This document shows positions 26,507 to 34,686 of a stretch of DNA of 48,984 bases, in pieces. This DNA is from an uncultured Candidatus Saccharibacteria bacterium (GTDB lineage: Bacteria > Patescibacteriota > Minisyncoccia > Portnoybacterales > UBA2143). The DNA lies in assembly GCA_964544485.1 (NCBI GenBank), contig CAZJBH010000001.1, positions 1-48,984 of the forward strand, in the 5' to 3' direction. Position numbers and translations under genes: made by a program. The notes under the pieces were generated by a model. That model did no database searches, was not told the DNA's origin, and saw nothing but the letters and a program-made list of their open reading frames with translations. Position 1 is the first letter of the stretch; every line of letters begins with the position of its first letter.

Positions 26507-26520
26507 TAATTATTATATAC

Positions 26521-27735
26521 ATGAATCAACAAGAATTAATTCAACAAGCTTTAACTCGGGGAGTAGAAAATGTTTATCCTGATTGTAAAAGTTTAGAAAA
26601 GCGTTTGCTTTCCGGTAAAAAAATGCGTTTGTATTGCGGATTTGATCCAACCGGACCGTCCTTACATATTGGTCATGCGATTCAGATTCGTAAATTAGCC
26701 CATTTTCAGAAATTAGGACATCAGGTAATTTTTTTAATTGGAGATTTTACCGGCATGATTGGAGATCCAACTGACAAAGCAGAAGCGCGCAAGAAATTAA
26801 CCAGACAAGAAGTTTTAAAAAATTCTGCGAATTATCAGGAGCAAGCCAGCAAGCTTTTGTCTTTTGATGGGAAAAATCCAGCTAAGGTGATGTATAATAG
26901 CGAGTGGAACGATAAGCTTAGCTTTGTTGATTTAATTGAATTGGCTTCTAATTTTACAGTTGGACAAATGATTGTTCGGGATATGTTTCAGGAAAGGATA
27001 AAAAACAAAAAGCCAGTTTATTTACATGAATTTTTTTATCCTTTAGCTCAGGCTTATGATAGCGTAGCGATGAATGTGAATTTAGAAGTAGGAGGGAATG
27101 ATCAGACCTTTAATATGTTATGCGGTCGAGATTTGATTAAAGCGGTTAAAAACAAAGAGAAATTTGTTTTAACAACCAAATTATTATCAGACGCATCAGG
27201 GATGAAAATGGGCAAAACAATTGGCAATATGATTAGTTTAGACGAAGAGCCAAGTGAAATATTTGGCCAAATTATGGCTTGGCCGGATGAATTAATTATT
27301 CCTGGGTTAGAACTTTGCACTGATTTGCCGATTAAAGAAATTGAACAAATAGAAAAAGATATTAAAATAGATAAAATGAATCCGCGCGATGCTAAGGCAA
27401 GATTAGCTAGAGAGGTAGTATTAATTCATCATGGAGAAAAACAAGCTCAACAAGCAGAGCAAGAATTTAACCGGATTTTTAAAGAAAAAGACAAACCGAG
27501 CCAAATTCCTGAATTTAAAATAGATAAAAAGAAATACAATATTTTAAATTTGTTAGTTGAGACTAAATTAACTAATAGCAAAGGCGAAGCCAGAAGATTA
27601 ATTCAACAAGGGGGTGTTAAAATAGATAATAAAAAAATCTCTGATACTGAAACAGAGATTGAGTTAAAAGATAAAATGGTGATTCAAGCCGGTAAAAGAA
27701 AGTTTATTCAGGTAAAAATAGATAATCAAGAATAA
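26521..27735 (+). CDS. tyrS: Tyrosine--tRNA ligase
   Basis: HIGH (LHIGHAI), KMSKS variant KMGKT, and a C-terminal S4 domain (GEARRLIQQGGVKIDN). Confidence 0.95.
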   Translation: MNQQELIQQALTRGVENVYPDCKSLEKRLLSGKKMRLYCGFDPTGPSLHIGHAIQIRKLAHFQKLGHQVIFLIGDFTGMIGDPTDKAEARKKLTRQEVLKNSANYQEQASKLLSFDGKNPAKVMYNSEWNDKLSFVDLIELASNFTVGQMIVRDMFQERIKNKKPVYLHEFFYPLAQAYDSVAMNVNLEVGGNDQTFNMLCGRDLIKAVKNKEKFVLTTKLLSDASGMKMGKTIGNMISLDEEPSEIFGQIMAWPDELIIPGLELCTDLPIKEIEQIEKDIKIDKMNPRDAKARLAREVVLIHHGEKQAQQAEQEFNRIFKEKDKPSQIPEFKIDKKKYNILNLLVETKLTNSKGEARRLIQQGGVKIDNKKISDTETEIELKDKMVIQAGKRKFIQVKIDNQE

Positions 27736-28723
27736 TTTTGGCAATATTTCTGCTTTGTCCTTGATGGGGGAAATGATGTGTCCAGATGCCGGGTCCAGCA
27801 TTAATTTCAATAATTTTTCCTTTAGTTTGATCTATTGGCTGGCTAATATCTTTAGCAATTATATCTACTCCGCCAATTTCTAGATCAAGCGCTTGAATCG
27901 CCTGAACAGCGATTTTTTTATTGATTGAATGAACTTGCTCGGTTATATCTTTGATTGCTGCTCCAGTGCTAAAGTTGCCATTTTCTCTAAGGCGGATAGG
28001 TTTGTTTTTTTCTAGAATTGAGCCAAGCTGGTAGTTTTGTTTAGCCAAAGTGTTTTTAAGATGTTGATCAATTGGGATCGGTTTTAAATAAGGAGCAAAA
28101 GAATCAGCTCTGCTTTTCCTATTTTTATTTTCCCAATCAATTAATTTTCTAATTGTTTTTTTGCCATCTCCTGTAATTTGGGGAAGTTTTTTTTGAGTAG
28201 CTGCTATAAATCTATCTTTGATAATCAATAAGCGATAATCTTTACCTTGAATTTGTTTTTCAATAATCAAAGAAGGATATTTTTGAAGCAGTGTTTTAGC
28301 TTTTCTTTTTAGTTGTTCAATTTTTTTGATAGATAATAAAATATCTGAGCCGCCTTTTTCCGCAACCGGCTTAATCACCCAGGGCGGACTAATGGATAGA
28401 TTTTTTAAGTCGCTAAGCCGGGTGATTTTTTGCATTTGGCTAACCGGCAATTGTTTTTCTTTTAAAATCTGATTAGTTAGATATTTGAATAAAGTTAAGT
28501 CGCAAGCGGTTTTAACGTTAAAGTATCCCCGTTTAGGGCAGATCCATTTTGTTTTTTCTTTTTGTTCCAATTTTAAATAAAGGATTTTTTTATTCTTGAG
28601 CGGTCTTTTTTTGATTTGACAATCAATATTTTGATTTATTGCTTCTTTGATTAATAAAGCGGAGATAGGAAAGTTTAAATAGTCTTTTGCCTGAATTTTG
28701 TTTTTTGTTTGTGTTTTTATCAT
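27704..28723 (-). CDS. ATP-grasp ligase resembling the cyanophycin-synthetase ATP-grasp domain (no Mur-ligase-like domain)
   Basis: WVIKPVAEKGGSD, GKDYRLLII, and C-terminal GGVDIIAKD...IIEINAGPGIWTHHFPHQGQSRNIAKIILDYLF. Confidence 0.65.
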   Translation of the reverse strand: MIKTQTKNKIQAKDYLNFPISALLIKEAINQNIDCQIKKRPLKNKKILYLKLEQKEKTKWICPKRGYFNVKTACDLTLFKYLTNQILKEKQLPVSQMQKITRLSDLKNLSISPPWVIKPVAEKGGSDILLSIKKIEQLKRKAKTLLQKYPSLIIEKQIQGKDYRLLIIKDRFIAATQKKLPQITGDGKKTIRKLIDWENKNRKSRADSFAPYLKPIPIDQHLKNTLAKQNYQLGSILEKNKPIRLRENGNFSTGAAIKDITEQVHSINKKIAVQAIQALDLEIGGVDIIAKDISQPIDQTKGKIIEINAGPGIWTHHFPHQGQSRNIAKIILDYLFLPE

Positions 28724-28724
28724 T

Positions 28725-30215
28725 TTATCCTTTAGCTAAAAGACTTGGTTTGAAAAACTTTTTAAGCTTTATCCATCGGATTGGCTTAAGGTCAAAAGAT
28801 TGATAAACGCTTTGAGCTACTTGTTTAGCCCATGGATTAAGTGATTTAAAAGAATTGTCTAAAGCTCGTTCAAGGGTAAGGATTCGGCAAAGTCTGCGAT
28901 TTGGGCTAAAATGAGATCCTTTAAAAGGAACTCCATCAGCTAAAATGAATTCTTTTTCATTTTTAAGATGTTTTAAATCATAGCCGGGACGGAGATAATA
29001 GGGTTGATTGCTTTTTAATTTATAGATTCCGGCTTTAAGCTGTTGGTGATTTCTAGCCCAGCGTCCGGAAAGATTATGCAGGATCATTTGGCTGCCTTTT
29101 TTCTTTTGCCGGATTAAATCATTTATTTTTCTTAAATCTATTTGATAATCTTGCTTTAGGAATTCTAGCGCGTGAAAGGCAATAATTGGCGGTTCATTGT
29201 TTAAGAGCTGAGCCATATTGATTACCGGGAAAGATCCTAATAAACGGGGATTGCATTCTATTGTATAAAGTTGTTTTTTGTTTGAGTTAAAGATAAAATC
29301 TAATCCAAAAATTCCTTGATATCCCAATTCTTTAAGCCGATATCCGATTTTTTCCGCGGCTTGATAAGCCTGATTTTCAATCTCTTGGTCAAATTGAGAA
29401 CTTGTCCAGTCATGCCCGCAAAAAAGTCCGGAACCTTTTTCCGGATTATATAATTCAGGAATATCTAAAATTTGATGCTGGAGATTAGTTGAAAGAATTC
29501 CCCGGCTGGTAACACAAGCAGTAATTGAAGGAGATGATCCTTGGATGTGTTTGGCTACAATTACTTGTTCGGTTGGCTTAATTTTTTTTTCTTCTTCTGG
29601 ATCATATTTCTGTTTTAGTTTTTCTAGCGCATTTTGAAAATTTTCTTGATTATTGATAAAAAAAGTTCCTTTGCCTCCGCCTTTAGTTGGATGCTGGATT
29701 ACAAAAGGAAGCCCGTATTTATTGATTAAATGCCCGTAATGAAGATTTTCTACTGAACATATTTTTCCAGGCGGAGTTTTTAAATTTAATTCTTGAAGTA
29801 ATTTTCTGAATTTGATTTTATCTTCTAGCATTTTTTTGCCAAAGTCAGTTGGATTAGCAATCAATTGCCAATTGTTTTCTTGGCAGATTTGTTCCATTTT
29901 AGAAGAAGCTTTGTGGACAATAATTGCCGGAGAATTAAATTTGTTTAAGTATTTTTTAGTTTGTTCAAGTTTTAAAACAGTGGTTGCGTTTCTTGGCTCT
30001 TGGATATGCTTTACTCCCATGCCTTTTTCCAAAGAAAGGGTTTCTATATCCTTCTCAATTAATTTAGTGTCCAAGCTATAACGCAGAGTTAATAAGCGAT
30101 AAGGATTGGCAATTTCTTCCATGCCAAGCCGGTCAAAAGCATAAACTCCAGCTCCAAAAATCGGAGTTTTTATTGTTTTAAAATATTTTTTAAGAGTAGG
30201 TAAATCTTGAATCAT
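28725..30215 (-). CDS. ATP-grasp ligase with a long pre-ATP-grasp N-domain, specificity unknown
   Basis: FVIQHPTKGGGKGTFFI and GIFGLDFIF...LYTIECNPRL. I prefer the MIQDLP start at 30215 (1 nt after the upstream stop) over the track start at 30266. Confidence 0.6.
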   Translation of the reverse strand: MIQDLPTLKKYFKTIKTPIFGAGVYAFDRLGMEEIANPYRLLTLRYSLDTKLIEKDIETLSLEKGMGVKHIQEPRNATTVLKLEQTKKYLNKFNSPAIIVHKASSKMEQICQENNWQLIANPTDFGKKMLEDKIKFRKLLQELNLKTPPGKICSVENLHYGHLINKYGLPFVIQHPTKGGGKGTFFINNQENFQNALEKLKQKYDPEEEKKIKPTEQVIVAKHIQGSSPSITACVTSRGILSTNLQHQILDIPELYNPEKGSGLFCGHDWTSSQFDQEIENQAYQAAEKIGYRLKELGYQGIFGLDFIFNSNKKQLYTIECNPRLLGSFPVINMAQLLNNEPPIIAFHALEFLKQDYQIDLRKINDLIRQKKKGSQMILHNLSGRWARNHQQLKAGIYKLKSNQPYYLRPGYDLKHLKNEKEFILADGVPFKGSHFSPNRRLCRILTLERALDNSFKSLNPWAKQVAQSVYQSFDLKPIRWIKLKKFFKPSLLAKG

Positions 30216-30216
30216 G

Positions 30217-31545
30217 CTATTTTTTAATTGAATTTTTGCGCATAAAAACATTTTTAGCCGGGTCAACTAAGAATCTTTTTAAATCGCGCCGTCCAATGAT
30301 AATATCATATTTCATTTCTTTGCGGTCAGCTACAAAAGCTTCAGAGCTGACTAATCTTTTATCTAAAACAAAATTTAGATTAATAATCGGACGCTCTTGA
30401 GATCCTAAGGATCCGCGCACCTTTTTTGTTCCAATTATATGCGTTAGCCCTAAATCATTGGCCAGGCTTTGGCAAATAGTGGTTCGGTAAGCGCCAGTAT
30501 CAATTTTAGCCATAATTGAATGTCTTTGCCTGTGTTCGTCTAAAATTTCAATTGGTTCATTAACTCCGATTACTTTTCGTCCGGAAATTTCTTCTAATTC
30601 TTCTTCAATTTCTCCGCCAAATAAATCTTGGGCTAAATTAACTCCTTTGTTAATTGTTTTAACTTTTAATCCTTTGACTCTTTTTAAACGATCTTGCAAA
30701 GGAGCAAGATTGGCAATTTGAATAGAAAGTCCGGGTCGAGTATTTAATTCAAGGATAACCGGTCCCTTATCTCGATCAATTGCAATATCAATTCCTAAAA
30801 ACCCGATTCTAGAAATCAATTGGGCATGAATAGCCATTCTAAGCGCTTCTTTCCATTCAGGAATGTGAATACCGCGAAGAGGTAGCCGGCTATCAGGAAG
30901 ATATTCAATAATTTGATCTTTTTGAATAGCAGTCGTAGTCACTCCAGTGCCCATATCAATTCCTACTCCAATTCCGCTTAAGTGAAGATTTGCTCGTCCG
31001 CCTGATTCTTTAGTTGGCAGTCTTAGTTCAGCCATAATTGGGACGCCATTGTAAATAATAATTCTAATATCAGGAATTCCGCGATAGCTGTAAGGCTTAA
31101 AAAGTTTTAAGAGTTTGATTCTTTCTTCAAAAAAAGCAATGTCTGGCAATCCGGTTTTAGAAAAGTTTCCTTCAAGTATGTTTAAGATATGATTTTGCAG
31201 ATCTTTAACTTGAACAGTTTTTTTATCAGCTTTAACCCAGGGACAGGGAGCTTGTTTTTTTCTTCCGTAAACAATTAAAATTCCTTCTCCTCCTAAACCG
31301 CGATTCGGCTTTAAAGTAAAGCTTTTCGGAAGTATATTCCAGTCAAAGTTTTTTAATTCTTCATAGTTTTTAATTATTGCGAAATCTTGAAGCACAGGCA
31401 AGCCATTTCGGCTGAGTAATTTTTTGGCTAAAAGCTTGTTATCAGCAATGCGATTAGCCCTCTTAGTGTTAGAGGGCTTTAAATAAAGTAGGTTGCGGGC
31501 GTTAATTCCTAGAACAGGGTTTGATTTTTGAATAAATTTTAGCAT
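30217..31545 (-). CDS. RimK-related (alpha-L-glutamate-ligase-like) ATP-grasp fused to a retropepsin-like RimB/PF05618-type protease domain
   Basis: N-terminal GINARNLLYL..NTKRANRIADNKLLAKKLL and ELNTRPGLSIQ. The C-terminal domain has AKIDTGAYRTT (DTGA signature) and DIIIGRRDL. I prefer the MLKFIQ start at 31545. Confidence 0.65.
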   Translation of the reverse strand: MLKFIQKSNPVLGINARNLLYLKPSNTKRANRIADNKLLAKKLLSRNGLPVLQDFAIIKNYEELKNFDWNILPKSFTLKPNRGLGGEGILIVYGRKKQAPCPWVKADKKTVQVKDLQNHILNILEGNFSKTGLPDIAFFEERIKLLKLFKPYSYRGIPDIRIIIYNGVPIMAELRLPTKESGGRANLHLSGIGVGIDMGTGVTTTAIQKDQIIEYLPDSRLPLRGIHIPEWKEALRMAIHAQLISRIGFLGIDIAIDRDKGPVILELNTRPGLSIQIANLAPLQDRLKRVKGLKVKTINKGVNLAQDLFGGEIEEELEEISGRKVIGVNEPIEILDEHRQRHSIMAKIDTGAYRTTICQSLANDLGLTHIIGTKKVRGSLGSQERPIINLNFVLDKRLVSSEAFVADRKEMKYDIIIGRRDLKRFLVDPAKNVFMRKNSIKK

Positions 31546-31546
31546 G

Positions 31547-32218
31547 CTATTTCTTGGTCTTTTTTTCCGGTATTTCAATATTTTTAATTACTTGCCTAAA
31601 ACGGTAAAGTTCGGTTAAGCGCAAACCAGTCCATTTTCCTAGGAGAATATTAATTAAGATTGTAATCAGGATGGTTAGCAGTGGATAAGCTAAAACTATA
31701 GATTGGAGCCATGGCCAAAGAGCTATCCAATAGCAGATAATTGACAAGATTAAGGTTTCTAAGGTTAAAATAATTGCTTCTCGATCGCCTCTTTCAATTT
31801 GCGCGGCAATGAATTTTTCTACTAAAGTAGTCATAACAACAATTGCAAAAATAGAGACAGTGATTAAATTATTAAATTCAAAGTATGAACCTAACAGTAT
31901 GATTAAAAGAATTGCTACTGCTACTGAAGTAATTACTAAAGCCATGCGAGGCAGGTATAAGAGGCGCGATTTTCTAACTAAAAGACGCATGAATGTGCCA
32001 ACTATCATGATGATAACAAAAAAAGCAAAACCATAGGTTAAGCCCAAGGTAATAAATGCATAAGCAATAATCAAAGGTGTATAAATGCCAAATCCTTTAA
32101 TTCCGACAATCTGTCTGGCAAAAGCGATTACCAGAGCGGTAATCGGCAGCATTAAAAGAAGAATAATTGTTTCTTCTGGCGCGCCTTGGCTAATCATATA
32201 GCTAGTAATTGAAGACAT
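31547..32218 (-). CDS. Seven-TM membrane protein of the type associated with ATP-grasp/transglutaminase systems (7TM_transglut-like)
   Basis: Seven hydrophobic spans. The QIVGIKGFGIYTPLIIAY motif is as I recall it for that family. No transglutaminase domain is present. Confidence 0.5.
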   Translation of the reverse strand: MSSITSYMISQGAPEETIILLLMLPITALVIAFARQIVGIKGFGIYTPLIIAYAFITLGLTYGFAFFVIIMIVGTFMRLLVRKSRLLYLPRMALVITSVAVAILLIILLGSYFEFNNLITVSIFAIVVMTTLVEKFIAAQIERGDREAIILTLETLILSIICYWIALWPWLQSIVLAYPLLTILITILINILLGKWTGLRLTELYRFRQVIKNIEIPEKKTKK

Positions 32219-32230
32219 AGATTTGTATGT

Positions 32231-32704
32231 TTAATTATTTTCGCTGTTAGCGCAGCAAATAGCAGCGGCTAAAGCGTCAGCCGCATCATCTGGCTTAGGG
32301 ATTTTGTCTAGGTTTAATAAAAGTTTAACCATTTTTTGGACTTGCATTTTTTCCGCTCTTCCATAGCTGGTAATTGCTTGTTTGATTTGCAAAGGAGTAT
32401 ATTCCAAAATTGGTATTTTTAAATTAGCAGCTCGAGACAAAATAACTCCTCGCGCTTGGCTCACTTTAATTACTGTTTTAGTATTTTTAAAAAAAAATAA
32501 ATCCTCGACTGCTATTTTTCCAGGTTTATATTCTTTGATAATTTTTTTTAATTCTTGATCTAATTGAGAAAGTCTTACTCCAGTAGAGAATTTTGGCTCG
32601 GTTCTAATGCAACCGTATTCAATTAATTCAATTTGATTTGCTTTTTTTTGGATTAGTCCGTAGCCAGTAATAGCAGTTCCTGGGTCAATTCCAAGGATGA
32701 TCAT
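32231..32704 (-). CDS. ruvC: Holliday junction resolvase RuvC
   Basis: MIILGIDPGTAITGYG, VEDLFF, PKPDDAADALAAAIC. Confidence 0.9.
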   Translation of the reverse strand: MIILGIDPGTAITGYGLIQKKANQIELIEYGCIRTEPKFSTGVRLSQLDQELKKIIKEYKPGKIAVEDLFFFKNTKTVIKVSQARGVILSRAANLKIPILEYTPLQIKQAITSYGRAEKMQVQKMVKLLLNLDKIPKPDDAADALAAAICCANSENN

Positions 32705-32719
32705 ATAATTAAAGTTAGC

Positions 32720-33256
32720 TTATTTCAAATTACTGTAAATTTCTTGAATATCATCATTTTCATCCAATGCTTCAAAAAGTTTTTTTAATTGGATTTTGTC
32801 TTTTTCTTCAACTTCAACTTCATAATTTGGGATCCACTCTTCTCCTTCACGGCGAAATATGTACCGGACGCTGCCAGCTTCTGCCATTTTAGCATTATGT
32901 TTGCTAAGAATATTTTTAATTTCTGAAAGCGTTCTATTTTTGTTATCAGTAATTCCCTGAATAATTAAAGCTACTCCAGCTGGTCCATAGGCTTCATAAG
33001 TGATTTCTTCCATTTGGGCGCCTTCTAATTGTCCGGTTCCTTTTTTAATTGCCCGTTCAATATTTTCTTTAGGCATATTTGCCTCTTTGGCTTTATCAAT
33101 CGCAGTTCTTAATTTTGAGTTACTTTCCGGATCAGCGCCTTTTTCTTTGGCAGCTACTGAAATTAAGCGAGATATTTTAGAAAATAACTTGCCTCGTTTT
33201 GCGTCAGCCGCGCCTTTTTGATGTTTGATATTTGACCATTTTGAATGTCCACTCAT
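32720..33256 (-). CDS. yebC: YebC/PmpR-family protein, shortened (178 aa)
   Basis: [40 protein letters not shown], and DDIQEIYSN at the C-terminus. It is about 60-70 aa shorter than canonical homologues. Confidence 0.85.
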   Translation of the reverse strand: MSGHSKWSNIKHQKGAADAKRGKLFSKISRLISVAAKEKGADPESNSKLRTAIDKAKEANMPKENIERAIKKGTGQLEGAQMEEITYEAYGPAGVALIIQGITDNKNRTLSEIKNILSKHNAKMAEAGSVRYIFRREGEEWIPNYEVEVEEKDKIQLKKLFEALDENDDIQEIYSNLK

Positions 33257-33264
33257 ATATTTTA

Positions 33265-33294
33265 ATCATACAATTGCCAAGCATTCGGTGTCAA
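33265..33294 (-). promoter_or_regulatory. Candidate promoter of the yebC-ruvC-amidoligase operon
   Basis: On the minus strand: TTGACA (33294-33289), 18-nt spacer, TATGAT (33270-33265). The ATG at 33256 follows within 9 nt. Confidence 0.45.
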
Positions 33295-33298
33295 TGAT

Positions 33299-34642
33299 TT
33301 ATATGTTAAAAGTATTTTTTTTGCGAGTTAGGATAATAAGCCAGCTGATGAATAAGCAAGAAGAAATAAGAATGGAAAGATAAAGAATAAGTTTTGGGTT
33401 TTGGCTGGTTGGAGAAGATTGATTTAGGGAAACTGTTTGTTTATTCGCGGTATTATTCGCAGCTTGGACAACTAATTTGTTTTTTGAATCAATTTTAGAA
33501 TAGTTTTGTTTTGGTTCTGGCTGATTGGTTTGATAATTTTGAGTTTGGTTTAATTGAACAGCTAAAGTCTGGGCAGGTTCTTGGCTAGTTTGGATTTGCG
33601 GCTTTGGATTATTCTTTGGATAATTTTGAGTTGATTCGTTTTTGTTTGAAGAAATAATATTAGCGGTTCCCGGGGTAGGCATAGTCGTCCAAAAATATTC
33701 TTGGCCGTCAAAAGCAACTGCTTGGCCTTGTTTTTTTTCGGCTAAATAGCTTATCTCAGCAGCTATATTTCCGTTCGGATAAATCAGCCTTACTTGATCT
33801 TCGTCATTATTTAACGCTAATTTGGTAATTAAACGCTGAAAAACAACAAATTCTTTGGGAAAAATTAAGGTGTTTTGAGGGAGGGTGAATGGCTTGCTTC
33901 CATCAGGCATGTCATCTAATTGCCAATTAGATAAATCAGCTGTTTGTTCGCCTTGATTATATATTTCTATCCATTCATTTTCCGCGTCTTTTCCTTCAGG
34001 GTTGGGGATAAATTCAGAAATAATCAAATTATCGCTATAAATACTTATTTTAACAAAATCCGTATTGGTTAATTTGCCATCGTCTACTTCTAAAACAACT
34101 AAATATTCGCCGGGATATTGGTAAATATGGGTAGTTGTCGCCTGGTTATCAGTCGCTCCATCTCCAAAATTCCAAAAATAGGTTAAAGAATCATTTTCTG
34201 GGTCAGAAGAAGCAGTTCCGTCAAAAAAGATTTCTTGATTAGTTAAAGCGGTTATATCTGGCCCGGCTTTGGCGATTGGAGCTTGATTACTGGGCTGGTT
34301 GTTTGGACTAGTTGAAGGAGTTGAAATTTCATTTGTTTCGTTTGATGGAGTAGTCGTACTAGTTTCTGGTTCTGATGTATCTTCTGGCAGATAGGCTAAT
34401 CCTTGATCTTTTATTTTTTGCAAAGTTTTTTCGCCAATACCGTTTATGTTTATTAAATCATCAATCGAAGAAAAAGGCCTGTTATCTATTATTCGTTGGG
34501 CGTAAACAGGTCCAATTCCTGTTATTATTTGCAGCTCTTCAATCGTAGCAGTATTAATATCTATTTTTTCTTGAGCTGAGGCAATAAATGTTACAAATAG
34601 AAAGCAAAAGATTAATATTGTTTTTAACACTTTATTTTGCAT
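33299..34642 (-). CDS. Surface-anchored ComEA-like (HhH) - PKD - lamin-tail-domain fusion protein
   Basis: Signal peptide. HhH pair IDINTATIEELQIITGIGPVYAQRII...INGIGEKTLQKI. PKD FDGTASSDPENDSLTYFWNFGDG. LTD LIISEFIPNPEGKDAENEWIEIYNQG..DLSNWQLDD. C-terminal TM. Confidence 0.7.
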   Translation of the reverse strand: MQNKVLKTILIFCFLFVTFIASAQEKIDINTATIEELQIITGIGPVYAQRIIDNRPFSSIDDLININGIGEKTLQKIKDQGLAYLPEDTSEPETSTTTPSNETNEISTPSTSPNNQPSNQAPIAKAGPDITALTNQEIFFDGTASSDPENDSLTYFWNFGDGATDNQATTTHIYQYPGEYLVVLEVDDGKLTNTDFVKISIYSDNLIISEFIPNPEGKDAENEWIEIYNQGEQTADLSNWQLDDMPDGSKPFTLPQNTLIFPKEFVVFQRLITKLALNNDEDQVRLIYPNGNIAAEISYLAEKKQGQAVAFDGQEYFWTTMPTPGTANIISSNKNESTQNYPKNNPKPQIQTSQEPAQTLAVQLNQTQNYQTNQPEPKQNYSKIDSKNKLVVQAANNTANKQTVSLNQSSPTSQNPKLILYLSILISSCLFISWLIILTRKKNTFNI

Positions 34643-34686
34643 TATTAAAAGAAAGAGTATCTAGGATTATGACAAAAAAGTTTTGA

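Noticed and set aside
26433-26520. T-box leader upstream of tyrS
   Set aside because: The spacer is 88 bp, shared with the divergent PBP promoter and almost pure A/T. It has no room or conserved T-box sequence for a leader of about 200 nt.
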